Source: an uncultured cyanobacterium (lineage in GTDB: Bacteria > Cyanobacteriota > Cyanobacteriia > Cyanobacteriales > CAWCAG01). Taken from it: 64,000 nt of DNA. Under the pieces are notes generated by a model that was given only the letters and a program-made list of their open reading frames with translations, had not been told where the DNA came from and did no database searches. The stretch spans positions 96,001-160,000 of the forward strand of contig CAWDOD010000010.1 in the NCBI GenBank assembly GCA_963803805.1, in the 5' to 3' direction. Each line of letters opens with the position of its first letter. The first letter of the stretch is position 1. The position numbers and the translations under genes were made by a program. Shown here one piece after another: positions 32,744 to 46,992 of this stretch.

Positions 32744-33643
32744 ATGGCAGATCAATTAATTCGAGCTACTGCTGCAGAGGGGGGAATAAGAGCTGTTGGT
32801 GTAATTGCCACGCGCCTTACCAATGAAGCAAGAAAACGGCATCAACTTTCTAATGTGGCAACGGCAGCCTTGGGAAGAACTATGTCTGCCGGGCTTTTGC
32901 TTGCTTCTAGTATGAAGCAAGCAAATTCTAGGGTTAATATTCGGATCAAAAGTAACGGGCCATTAGGAGGGATTTTAGTAGATGCTGGCTTAGATGGCAC
33001 TGTTCGAGGCTATGTAGACAATCCAAAAGTTGAGTTACCACCTAACCACAAAGGTAAGCTCGATGTTGGTGGTGCTGTAGGCAAAGAAGGCTACCTTTAT
33101 ATAGTGCGTGATGTTGGCTACGGCTATCCTTATTCTAGTACCGTAGAGCTAGTTTCTGGTGAAATTGGGGATGATATTACTCACTATTTAGTAAGTTCTG
33201 AGCAAACCCCTTCAGCACTTCTGTTAGGAGTATTTGTTAATTCTCAAGGAGCTACAGCTTCTGGAGGATTACTATTGCAAGTTATGCCTAAAGCTGCTAG
33301 AGATGAAGAATTAGTTGCTCAACTAGAATCTCGGATTTCTCAACTTTCTGGTTTTACTCCCTTGCTAAAAATGGGCAAAACTATACCAGAAATTTTTCAA
33401 GATTTACTAGGAGATATGGGATTAAAAATATTCCCAGAAGTACAGATGGTGCATTTTAGTTGCCGCTGTTCTTTCAACAGGGTTCTTGGCGCTCTAAAGA
33501 TGTTAGGAATCGACGAACTTCAGGACATGATTGAGAAAGATAATGGTGCAGAAGCTACTTGCCATTTCTGTGGGGAAGTTTATCATGCTACTGAAGAAGA
33601 CTTAAGCAAGTTAGTAGATGATTTACAGGCTAAGTCTGTTTAG
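32744..33643 (+). CDS. hslO: Hsp33 redox-regulated chaperone
   Basis: ATAALGR, SEQTPS, CRCS and CHFC Zn motifs. Confidence 0.93.
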   Translation: MADQLIRATAAEGGIRAVGVIATRLTNEARKRHQLSNVATAALGRTMSAGLLLASSMKQANSRVNIRIKSNGPLGGILVDAGLDGTVRGYVDNPKVELPPNHKGKLDVGGAVGKEGYLYIVRDVGYGYPYSSTVELVSGEIGDDITHYLVSSEQTPSALLLGVFVNSQGATASGGLLLQVMPKAARDEELVAQLESRISQLSGFTPLLKMGKTIPEIFQDLLGDMGLKIFPEVQMVHFSCRCSFNRVLGALKMLGIDELQDMIEKDNGAEATCHFCGEVYHATEEDLSKLVDDLQAKSV

Positions 33644-34525
33644 GTGAGTTATAGCGAGATTAATTACTCAGTGACAAACAAAAAAAATCTGCGCAAGAAA
33701 GTAAATAAAAATAGTCCTGGCTGGTCTTTAACTCAAAGAGATCCCCAAGTAATTGCCTCTTTAATGCCTTTTTGGGAATGGTTTTATCGCTACTACTTTC
33801 GAGTAGAAACCGATGGCTGGGAGAATATTCCTAATCAAGGTAAATTCTTGTTTGTTGGCTCCCACAACGGAGGCTTGGCATCTCCGGATATGATGATGAT
33901 GATGTATGACTGGTTCTGTCGCTTTGGTACAGAACGCTTGATCTATGGATTAATGCATCCCATCGCTTGGCAAGTTTATCCAGGAGTAACCCAACTAGCT
34001 GCTAAAACTGGAGCAATAATTGCTCATCCTCAAATGGCGATCGCTGCCTTAAAGAAAGACGCTAGCGTATTAGTTTATCCGGGAGGCGCTCAAGATCTCT
34101 TCCGCCCCTATAGTCAGAGAAACAAAATTAACTTTGCTGGTCGCAAGGCTTTCATTAAGCTAGCACTAAGAGAGAAAGTCCCTATCATCCCTGCGATTTC
34201 TATAGGCGCTCACGATACCCTCTTCATACTTGGGGATTTCTACAAACAAGTAGAGGAACTGCATCAACTAGGTATGCCTTGGATTTTGGGGATCGATCCA
34301 GAAGTTTTTCCTATCTACTTAGGGCTACCGTGGGGATTAGCTATTGGTCCTCTACCTAATATTCCCTTGCCTGCCAAAATTTATACCCGTATTTGTTCTC
34401 CAATTATCTTTAAACATTATGGGAGAGAATCTGCTCGCGATCGTACCTATGTTGATGAATGCTATGAGTTGGTAGAAACTACTATGCAGTCAGAATTAAA
34501 TAGTTTGTCAGCAGAAAAAGGCTAA
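33644..34525 (+). CDS. Lysophospholipid/DGAT2-like acyltransferase (Slr2103-like)
   Basis: GSHNGG...PD, VYPGGAQD, GLPWGLAIGPLPNIP. Confidence 0.8.
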   Translation: MSYSEINYSVTNKKNLRKKVNKNSPGWSLTQRDPQVIASLMPFWEWFYRYYFRVETDGWENIPNQGKFLFVGSHNGGLASPDMMMMMYDWFCRFGTERLIYGLMHPIAWQVYPGVTQLAAKTGAIIAHPQMAIAALKKDASVLVYPGGAQDLFRPYSQRNKINFAGRKAFIKLALREKVPIIPAISIGAHDTLFILGDFYKQVEELHQLGMPWILGIDPEVFPIYLGLPWGLAIGPLPNIPLPAKIYTRICSPIIFKHYGRESARDRTYVDECYELVETTMQSELNSLSAEKG

Positions 34526-34608
34526 AGTTCCAAAGTCCAAAAGTCTTATTTGTGTGGTGTTGAGAGTAGATGGGGGAGGTTAGAGAGATATTTATTTTTG
34601 AAAAGGTA

Positions 34609-34637
34609 TTGACAAAGGATGTGAGGGTGAGTATATT
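34609..34637 (+). promoter_or_regulatory. rrn promoter
   Basis: TTGACA-17 bp-TATATT. Confidence 0.8.
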
Positions 34638-34842
34638 GGTAAATGCGCGGTTGAAAGGACTTGCTTCTTTCAGCGCCAGCACCTGGAAAAAACAATAGTT
34701 TGAAAGCAGTGCGAACCAAGCAAATGTTTTGCTTTTGAAGAAAGCGAAATAGATTGCGAAGAACCTTCGTCAAAGAAATGAATAAGAAGTAGCTACATTG
34801 TAAAAGGTGTAGTTATAAAGAGCTTAAGAACTCAAACCATAA

Positions 34843-36329
<1,487 letters not shown>

Positions 36330-36452
36330 TAGGGAGACCAGTTTTCAGTTCTCAACCCAATTGTATTGAGGAGACTGAAAACCATCCCAAGGTCGTTCGA
36401 AGGAAATAGGGGAGTAAAGCTTTCAAACTAAAGTTCAGGTGAACCTAATAAA

Positions 36453-36529
<77 letters not shown>

Positions 36530-36541
36530 CCAACTAAGATT

Positions 36542-36617
36542 GGGGGTATAGCTCAGTTGGTAGAGCGCCTGCTTTGCAAGCAGGATGTCAGCGGTTCAAG
36601 TCCGCTTACCTCCACCA
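36542..36617 (+). tRNA. tRNA-Ala(TGC)
   Basis: GGGGGTATAGCTCAG..TTTGCAA..GGTTCAAGTCC..CTCCACCA. Confidence 0.96.
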
Positions 36618-36829
36618 AAAGAAAAGATTGAAATAAATTCAGCACCTTGTCTAACTTCAGGAAATTTCCGAGAGTAGAGAGTCTGCTGGGTAATATATCC
36701 AGTCAGAACCTTGAAAACTGCATAAGAAACAGAGTAGAAAGTAACAAATGAAAAGGTAGTAAGTGAATGCCCTACTTGATAAGAGTAGAGAGCATTTGCT
36801 TGCACGTATCTTCAAATTTTAAGCAACTT

Positions 36830-39663
<2,834 letters not shown>

Positions 39664-39728
39664 ACTTCTACTTTGTTTCTTTGCAGTCTTGAGGGTTTTG
39701 TTTCTCAACAATGCAAGACCATTTCTTG

Positions 39729-39846
39729 CCTGGTGTATTTAGTGCAGTGGCACCACTTCGATTCCATCCCGAACTCGACTGTGAAACTCTGTTGCGGCGA
39801 CGATACTTTGAGGGTTGCCTCCTGGGACAATAGCTCTTCGCCAGGC
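39729..39846 (+). rRNA. rrf: 5S rRNA
   Basis: CCTGGTG...CCATCCCGAAC...GTGAAAC...CGCCAGG. Confidence 0.93.
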
Positions 39847-39862
39847 TCTCTATTTTAACATT

Positions 39863-39899
39863 AAAGACTCCTCTAACACCTAGAGGGGTCTTTTGTTTT
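39863..39899 (+). terminator. rrn intrinsic terminator
   Basis: AAAGACTCCTCTA-acacc-TAGAGGGGTCTTT followed by a T-rich tract. Confidence 0.85.
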
Positions 39900-40093
39900 A
39901 AATCGCCTAGTTTGTTAGCTTAAGTGACTTTTCTTTCATCAGGCATATAATCACAAGAAAGATTTTTGTCTTTGAAGTATTGATTTAGCAAAATCATTGT
40001 GGCAGTAAAGATAAGTCTAGGGTTAGTTAAAACAATTAAAATAAGAACCAGGTATCTTTACTGCAGTAAAATCTGGAACTATTTAGGATGTAA

Positions 40094-41737
40094 ATGTTTT
40101 CCTTAACTCAAAATACTTCTCGACAGCGCGAAATCCTTGAAGTTGTCTTTAGCAATGGCTGGGACTATATGCGAGGACTCCTAACAGGAAGCAAAAACGA
40201 CGAACCTCGCCTTCCTTCTCCTACAGTTCTCCGCAATATTTTAATCGAACTAGGTCCTGTTTACGTTAAACTTGGACAACTTCTTTCCACTCGCCCTGAT
40301 CTTCTACCGGGAAAGTATGTTGATGCCCTTACAGACTTGCAAGCGAATGTACCTCCAGTAACTTGGTTAGAAGTTGAAACTCTACTTCGCCAACAATTGT
40401 CTCAATCCTTAGAAGAGACTTTTACCGTTGTTGAAACTGAAGCTGTAGCAGCAGGTTCTATTGGTCAAGTTCACCGTGCTACTTTAGCTAATGGGCAAGA
40501 AGTGGCTTTGAAGGTGCAACGCCCTGGTATTGGCGAGGTTGTAGACCGAGATATCTCCTTAATTAAAAGTTTGGCAGAGTTGGTTTCTTTAACAGAGTTT
40601 GGTAAAGATTACGATATGGTAGCTTTAGCTGAGGAATTTACTACTGCTTTAAAAGCCGAGTTGGATTTTACTACTGAGGCTAAATATACTGACCAATTAA
40701 GTCTGAATCTTTCTAAAAGTAAGTGGTTTGAGCCAGAGCAAATATTGGTACCGAAAGTGTACTGGGAATTAACCACCCCAAAGTTATTAGTTTTAGAATG
40801 GCTGGACGGTGTTCCTTTACTTCAATCAGATTTATCTCAAGCTGATTCTGAGCAAGATAAGGAAAGAAACGAAGTTACTACTTTGTTATTTCGGGCTTTT
40901 TTCCAACAAGTTTATATTGATGGTTTTTTTCATGCTGATCCCCATCCCGGCAATCTTTTTTATCTTCATGATGGCAAGCTTGCTCTTTTAGATTGTGGTA
41001 TGGTGGGGCGTTTAGATCCCCGCACTCAGCAAATTCTCACAGAAATGCTGCTAGCTATTGTTGATATTGATGCTCAGCGTTGCTCTCAGTTAACTTTGGA
41101 ACTTGCTGAATCTGGGCAACCTGTTAGTTTAGATCGCTTAGAAAATGATTATGATCGAATGCTGCGTAAGTACCACAACCTCAGCTTGTCTCAAATTAAC
41201 TTTAGCGAAGTATTTTACGAAATTCTCCAAGTTTCCCGCAATAATAAAGTTCGCTTGCCTAGTAACATGGGCTTATATGCTAAGACCCTAGCTAATTTAG
41301 AAGGAGTTGCTAGAGGCTTTAATCCCAAGGTTAACCTTTTAGAAGAAGTTAAACCTTTAATGGCAGATTTATTTCGCCGTCAACTTCTAGGGGATACCCC
41401 CTTAGAAACTTTTTTAAGAACAACATTGGATATTAAAAGTCTTTCTTTGCGAGCGCCTCGTTTAGTAGAGTTACTTTTAGATCGAATAACTTCAGAAAGT
41501 CTGAAGTGGAATATACATTTGCAAGATTTGACTTCTTTAAGGCATAGTCTTGATGATTCGGCTAACCGCCTTTCTTTTAGTATTTTAGTTGGTTCGTTGA
41601 TTATGGGAGCAGCAATTATTTCTACAGGTTCGCAAACACCCCAATTATCTTTGATTACGAGTGTTCTTTTCGCTGTAGCTAGTTTTTTGGGTTTATGGCT
41701 AATTGTGAGTATTTTAAGGTCGGGGCGTTTGAGGTGA
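40094..41737 (+). CDS. ABC1/AarF/UbiB-family atypical kinase
   Basis: LGPVYVKLGQLLSTRPD, AAGSIGQVH, VALKVQRP, FFHADPHPGN, LDCGM. Confidence 0.93.
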   Translation: MFSLTQNTSRQREILEVVFSNGWDYMRGLLTGSKNDEPRLPSPTVLRNILIELGPVYVKLGQLLSTRPDLLPGKYVDALTDLQANVPPVTWLEVETLLRQQLSQSLEETFTVVETEAVAAGSIGQVHRATLANGQEVALKVQRPGIGEVVDRDISLIKSLAELVSLTEFGKDYDMVALAEEFTTALKAELDFTTEAKYTDQLSLNLSKSKWFEPEQILVPKVYWELTTPKLLVLEWLDGVPLLQSDLSQADSEQDKERNEVTTLLFRAFFQQVYIDGFFHADPHPGNLFYLHDGKLALLDCGMVGRLDPRTQQILTEMLLAIVDIDAQRCSQLTLELAESGQPVSLDRLENDYDRMLRKYHNLSLSQINFSEVFYEILQVSRNNKVRLPSNMGLYAKTLANLEGVARGFNPKVNLLEEVKPLMADLFRRQLLGDTPLETFLRTTLDIKSLSLRAPRLVELLLDRITSESLKWNIHLQDLTSLRHSLDDSANRLSFSILVGSLIMGAAIISTGSQTPQLSLITSVLFAVASFLGLWLIVSILRSGRLR

Positions 41738-41785
41738 GAGATGACAATTTACACACTCCAATAATTAATCAACATCAATTATAAA

Positions 41786-43177
41786 ATGGTTATGAATAGC
41801 CTTCGACCTTTTCCAAAAAAGATATGGAATAAACTCGTTGCTCTATTAGCTGTTGCTAATCTCCTTTTAGTCTTATTTAACCTCAGCTACATTCCACTTA
41901 GGGATATTTATTTACGACAAATTCCTACTTTAGTGAGTTTATATGATCCTATTAAAAGTATTGAACCCCACCCTGATACTAGTCGCTATTTAAACACAGT
42001 AGATATTTTAGTCAAAAAACTTCCTAAAGTAGGATTATCAGATCCAGAAACCACAGAAATTTTCGCTCTATTGCGACAACAAAGTACGGATATGTTAGCA
42101 GAAAATCCTTTTTCTGTCGCTAACAAATTTGGTACTTTTGCGAAATTGAAACGGCGCATTAAATATCATCTCAATACTCAATCAGCAAAAGAAGCTTTTA
42201 ATCAATTTTGGACTCAAACCTACTTTTCTCAAGTAACTCCTCCTGAAGCATTAGAATTCTTTAATCGTAAACTGCGTCCTCTATTAGAAGTTAACTATTA
42301 CCGTTCTGTAGATGAAAATGGTCAATTTATTGATGACTTTTGGCGCATTGATTTGTATTTCATTGTTTTTTTTGGTCTAGAATTGCTCATCAGAAGCTTT
42401 AGGAAATCTCGACAAAGAGAAGATTTAACCTGGGGGGATGCCCTCCTACGCAACTGGTACGATGGACTGATGTTGCTTCCTACCTGGCGTTGGTTAAGAA
42501 TTGTTCCGGTAGCAGTACGCTTACATAAATCTGGCTTAATTAACTTAGAACGTATCCTTGCCCAAGTTACCCACGAACCTTCTGCTTACCTAGCTGATAG
42601 GGTAGGGATGTTTTTAATGGTACGTTTAATTAATCAAACCCAGGAAGCAATACAAACTGGAGAAGTCGCTAAAATGCTGCTGCAACCAGGGGATTATATT
42701 CAAGTTAGCGATGTAGATAAAGTAGATGCAATTTTAGATCGTATTTTGCAAATCGCCATTTATAAGGCTGTTCCTCAAGTCCAACCAGAATTAGAGTCTC
42801 TGTTGCATCATAGTTTAAAAGGAGCCTTCAAGCGCTCAGATTTTTACCATGCCCTACAACAAATACCAGGGCTTGCTGCCCTACCTCAAGAAGCTACCGA
42901 ACAGCTAGCTGATTATTTATCCCAAGCAGCCTATGAGGTGCTAGCTACTTCCTATGGGGATGTTCAAGGAAGAGAATTATTTGAGAATCTAACCACGAAG
43001 TTCAAACAAGTTCTGCGGCAAGAGTTACAAGATGAAAAAACTCAAGCAGAGCTTCAATCTTTGTTAGCTGATTTACTTGAAGAAGTTAAATTAAATTATA
43101 TCCAAGGTGCGAAAGAAGATGATCCAGAAGAGATTTTAGCCGAAGCAGAAGAGTTACGCGATCGCCTAGAAAGATAA
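41786..43177 (+). CDS. Conserved cyanobacterial membrane protein, probably co-transcribed with the ABC1 kinase
   Basis: TM segments 'LFNLSYIPLRD.YL', 'FIVFFGLELLIR', 'WYD..LLPTWRWLRIVPV'. Confidence 0.65.
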   Translation: MVMNSLRPFPKKIWNKLVALLAVANLLLVLFNLSYIPLRDIYLRQIPTLVSLYDPIKSIEPHPDTSRYLNTVDILVKKLPKVGLSDPETTEIFALLRQQSTDMLAENPFSVANKFGTFAKLKRRIKYHLNTQSAKEAFNQFWTQTYFSQVTPPEALEFFNRKLRPLLEVNYYRSVDENGQFIDDFWRIDLYFIVFFGLELLIRSFRKSRQREDLTWGDALLRNWYDGLMLLPTWRWLRIVPVAVRLHKSGLINLERILAQVTHEPSAYLADRVGMFLMVRLINQTQEAIQTGEVAKMLLQPGDYIQVSDVDKVDAILDRILQIAIYKAVPQVQPELESLLHHSLKGAFKRSDFYHALQQIPGLAALPQEATEQLADYLSQAAYEVLATSYGDVQGRELFENLTTKFKQVLRQELQDEKTQAELQSLLADLLEEVKLNYIQGAKEDDPEEILAEAEELRDRLER

Positions 43178-43329
43178 ATTTGAGATTGCTTTTTCCTTCC
43201 TTGACATGATATTATGTATATGGTGGATAAGGTGCGCTCCTAAAAATCATTACTTTTAACTAAAACTTGATAAACTCCACAGCAACTTATTGAAAAATTT
43301 AGGTGAGCTAAAATTTTCCTAAAGTGACA

Positions 43330-46300
43330 TCAAGATTGAGCCAAAATCAAGTTAAGGATGTTCAATTCTTTAGAGTTCATTAGATATTTATCGCTAAAAG
43401 ACTTATTTCTCATTTCTCTAAGGCTATAACTACGAAAGAACAAAAAAGGGAATTTTTCGTATTTATAACCTATGGGAGCAACTTGACCAATAGAAAAGAT
43501 TGAGTTTACATAAAATTCGAGAAGCTGACGAAATCTTTGATCCTCTGGTTCGATTTCTTGGTTGCTAAAATAAACTGAAAAAACATCACCTACTAAAAAA
43601 ATAAACAAAGGAACAGCATAATATTGGTCAGGGTATTGGCTATCTTGTTCTAATCTTTGGTGGCGATGCTTCTGTTGTTCTAGTTCTTCTACTAGTTGTA
43701 AGGTTTTCCGAATTAAAGCCTTGGTACTTTCTGAAAGGTAATGCTCTTGTTGTAGTTCTGATAATATTTCAGCCAAATTTATAGTCTGCTCATCTATCTT
43801 AAGTCGATAAACTTCTTCTACTTTTTTATCAACCAAAGGTACTAATAGTAAGCTACCAGCTACGTAGCCTGCTTGAATAGGTGGGAAATTGAGCAGATTA
43901 TCTAAACTGCCATCAATTGGTTTAATAAATTCCTGACGGATATTTTCTAGCAACTTCAAATAAGATAAGCCATTTTCGGTAGCTTGATTAGCAGTATTAT
44001 AAATAGTAATTTCTGTTGTCTTCATCAACTCTTCTAAGCGCTGATAAGCTTGTTGTAGCTGCAAATTATTGCTGCGCTTTTGATGTTCTTTCCTAAGTCT
44101 TTTAATCAAGTTTTTGACTTTGTTACTTAAAGATTCACCTGCTGTAGAAATAGATTTCCCTCCCACGGGAATCATCATATATTTTTCATTAGCGATATTA
44201 CCATAACCGAATATTCTTGTTTTAATTGAAACCTGAAGTATAATTAAGAAGTTAAGTATATTTAGTTTACTTTCTTGTAAGGCGAATTTACGATCGTCGG
44301 CATCTTCTAAATAGTAAACTGCTTGTTCGGTGATATAAAAGATTAACTGCTGTTCTTCTGCGTCTATTTCAGTATTTCCTCTACCTCTATAAATTACTTG
44401 AATTACTTCCATTAAGTTAGCTTCAATTTCAAAGCGAGGTAGTTCAACTAAGATATGTTTGGCACGAGGAAAAGATAAGCCGCGACTAGCAGAAGCTGTC
44501 ATGAAAATGAAGTTTACCTTGTTTTTGTATTGAGGTATTGTTTGTTTCTCTGATTCTGATAAATCAGCGTGTATTTCTAGATAATCTTGATAAGGAGTGA
44601 ATTTTCCTTTATGTTTTTGAAGAGTATTAATTAAACTGCGTAATCTTAATTTGTCTTGAATATAAATAATTATTTGTTCTGTAGGGAAGTTAGAAGTAAT
44701 TTTATCAATATCTTTAATTATTTCGTCTTGGCATTTATCTTCTAAATCATATTTTTTGATACTATATAATTTTTTATTCTTCTCTTGAGATTTTAAGGAG
44801 TGGATGAAAGTTTTATAGGTGATTTGTAAACTTTTAGCAGGATAAGAGTTGGTATTGATGGCAACGGCTTGATTGTTATTGAAAGCGAAAGATTCTTTAG
44901 TCAGACAGTGATCATTTTTTACTGCTTTGCGGAAAAATATTTTGTTAGGTTCTGCCGTATGATCTGATAGATGTTGTTGAATAACGTCTGTTTCTACAAG
45001 GGAGGCATCTGCAACAATAATTTTGGTATTAAAATAGTTCCGGTTAGTTAATCCATATTGCTTTAATTTTTGACTTACTCCTAATAAGAAATTCACGCCA
45101 CTAGAGTCCCCTGTAATTTCATCAATGGCAATAAAAATATGTTTAACCTTTTGAGATAATTGCTGTAGTTTTGCTTCAATAGGTTTGTTATCAGTTTGAC
45201 TATAAACATCCCTAAAGATGCGTCTAAGATGATGTAATGTGTTGCCACCAGTAGATAGTTGTTTTAGTGACTGTATGGCAATAGTAGCGATTATATTGTT
45301 ATGACCGTTATTAAGAAGGCTGTAAATAGCTTCGGACATACTATGCAACACCCCTTTTCTATTACTGCCACTATCTTGTAGGCGAGTTGCAGTTTTTCTG
45401 GTGATGCCTTCAGATTTATGAGGAGTAAATTTTATTTCTTTACCTTGAGGAATAAAATCTACAGCTTGTAAGGCAAAAGAATCATTCCTAGTGTTATTAC
45501 AATATTGTACAGTTAATTTACCTTGATTTTTGCTAATTAAGATAGAGTCAGTGTTGATTAAAATTAGGAGATCATCGCATAGCGAATTTTCCTGAGAATC
45601 TGTTTTGAATTTTTCAATAATATCTAGATTAACTTGAATACGAGGGCTGATATATAAAAATAGAAATCCTTCTTTCAAAATCTGGCTTTGTTTGAGAAAG
45701 TTACTAATCGCTGTAGTTTTACCAATACCAGGATTCCCAGTTAAAAAGACATATAAACTCTCGTCATTTAAAGACAGGGATTGTTGAATTAATTCACCAT
45801 GGGCTTGTTGTAAATTCAATTCAGGTGATAAATTCAAGCCCTTAGCAATGTGATTAGGAATAGTATCTAAGTAGCTATTAAAATCGGTAAAGCTTTCTTG
45901 ATGTGTTACTAAATGTATACCATCCTTAGATATACTTAAAAGCTCATCAACAAACTTTTCTCCATCGGCAAAGCTTCTTTTCGCTTTTCGCCTAATAACT
46001 TTTAAGACTTGTTCTCTTGCTGAAGTTATTTCTTCTGGCAAGTGCTTTTGGCGATAAATATGATAGCAGGTTTCTAAAAGCCCAAGGTTATCTTGCTGAA
46101 GACATAGAGAAGCAGAGTCGCGATCACTATAACCAATAAGGTTAAAAGTCACTTCATCTTCTGGTGAGATTTGTTGCTGAGATTTTAGCCAATTCCAGAA
46201 GCTATAAGCATAACTTCCAGCTTGGATAGTCTTCATAGTTTCTTTGTCTTTGCAAACAAAAGCTTTATAATATTGAGACAAGCTTTCTGACAATAAAGGC

Positions 46301-46992
46301 TGGTTATTTTTACTATCTAAGCCCAAGTTAGCAAAGACGCTTTTAGATTTGAGGTAAATAATGTTGCTAAGGAGAATTTGGCGTAATACTTCTATATTAT
46401 TTAAGTCAGCTAAATCTCTAATCGATTTGATAGAAAAAATCGAATAATCGAGAACTAAGATTCTTACTTGATGTCGATAGCGAAAGTAAATCAAGCTATC
46501 GGCTTTAAAAAACTCTCCTGTTTGACTATATTTGTTCGTATCTACATTACTAATATCTATTCCTAGCTCCCTAAATTGAGATAACCAATCTCTATATACC
46601 TGATCATCTCCTTTATAATAAGTATTCAAGCTATTATCGTCAGCAAAGCAGCATTGAAAATAAACAACTTGTATTCGCTTTAGTTTGCGTGAACTATTCC
46701 AACCAATAGCAGTGAAGTACTCGTCTAAAAAATTCAATCCTGCTAAAAAGCTTTTTTGTAAAAAAAAGGTTGCCCATTGCTTAATAACGCCTCTATCTTG
46801 CTGGCTAATTACCCCCACCTCATCTATTAACTTACGAACAATTTTCGGAAAGCCAACCTGTGCCAAATCTTCTTTATAAAAATCAGCATAATTACATTTA
46901 ATCTCTTTTTGCTTAAGATAAGTCAGCATACCGATATTAAAGCCAACTTCAAAAATACGACCTAAGTTTTGACCTAAGTTAGTATTGTTCAT
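43330..46992 (-). CDS. Large SF2 helicase with unassigned ~400-aa N-terminal domain
   Basis: LTGNPGIGKTT (I), YISPR (Ia), IDEITGD (II), VADAS (III), IYIQDK (IV), MTASASRGLSFP (V), QVIYRGRG (VI); ATG 46992 overlaps the upstream TGA (ATGA); alternative start 46998. Confidence 0.85.
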   Translation of the reverse strand: MNNTNLGQNLGRIFEVGFNIGMLTYLKQKEIKCNYADFYKEDLAQVGFPKIVRKLIDEVGVISQQDRGVIKQWATFFLQKSFLAGLNFLDEYFTAIGWNSSRKLKRIQVVYFQCCFADDNSLNTYYKGDDQVYRDWLSQFRELGIDISNVDTNKYSQTGEFFKADSLIYFRYRHQVRILVLDYSIFSIKSIRDLADLNNIEVLRQILLSNIIYLKSKSVFANLGLDSKNNQPLLSESLSQYYKAFVCKDKETMKTIQAGSYAYSFWNWLKSQQQISPEDEVTFNLIGYSDRDSASLCLQQDNLGLLETCYHIYRQKHLPEEITSAREQVLKVIRRKAKRSFADGEKFVDELLSISKDGIHLVTHQESFTDFNSYLDTIPNHIAKGLNLSPELNLQQAHGELIQQSLSLNDESLYVFLTGNPGIGKTTAISNFLKQSQILKEGFLFLYISPRIQVNLDIIEKFKTDSQENSLCDDLLILINTDSILISKNQGKLTVQYCNNTRNDSFALQAVDFIPQGKEIKFTPHKSEGITRKTATRLQDSGSNRKGVLHSMSEAIYSLLNNGHNNIIATIAIQSLKQLSTGGNTLHHLRRIFRDVYSQTDNKPIEAKLQQLSQKVKHIFIAIDEITGDSSGVNFLLGVSQKLKQYGLTNRNYFNTKIIVADASLVETDVIQQHLSDHTAEPNKIFFRKAVKNDHCLTKESFAFNNNQAVAINTNSYPAKSLQITYKTFIHSLKSQEKNKKLYSIKKYDLEDKCQDEIIKDIDKITSNFPTEQIIIYIQDKLRLRSLINTLQKHKGKFTPYQDYLEIHADLSESEKQTIPQYKNKVNFIFMTASASRGLSFPRAKHILVELPRFEIEANLMEVIQVIYRGRGNTEIDAEEQQLIFYITEQAVYYLEDADDRKFALQESKLNILNFLIILQVSIKTRIFGYGNIANEKYMMIPVGGKSISTAGESLSNKVKNLIKRLRKEHQKRSNNLQLQQAYQRLEELMKTTEITIYNTANQATENGLSYLKLLENIRQEFIKPIDGSLDNLLNFPPIQAGYVAGSLLLVPLVDKKVEEVYRLKIDEQTINLAEILSELQQEHYLSESTKALIRKTLQLVEELEQQKHRHQRLEQDSQYPDQYYAVPLFIFLVGDVFSVYFSNQEIEPEDQRFRQLLEFYVNSIFSIGQVAPIGYKYEKFPFLFFRSYSLREMRNKSFSDKYLMNSKELNILNLILAQS

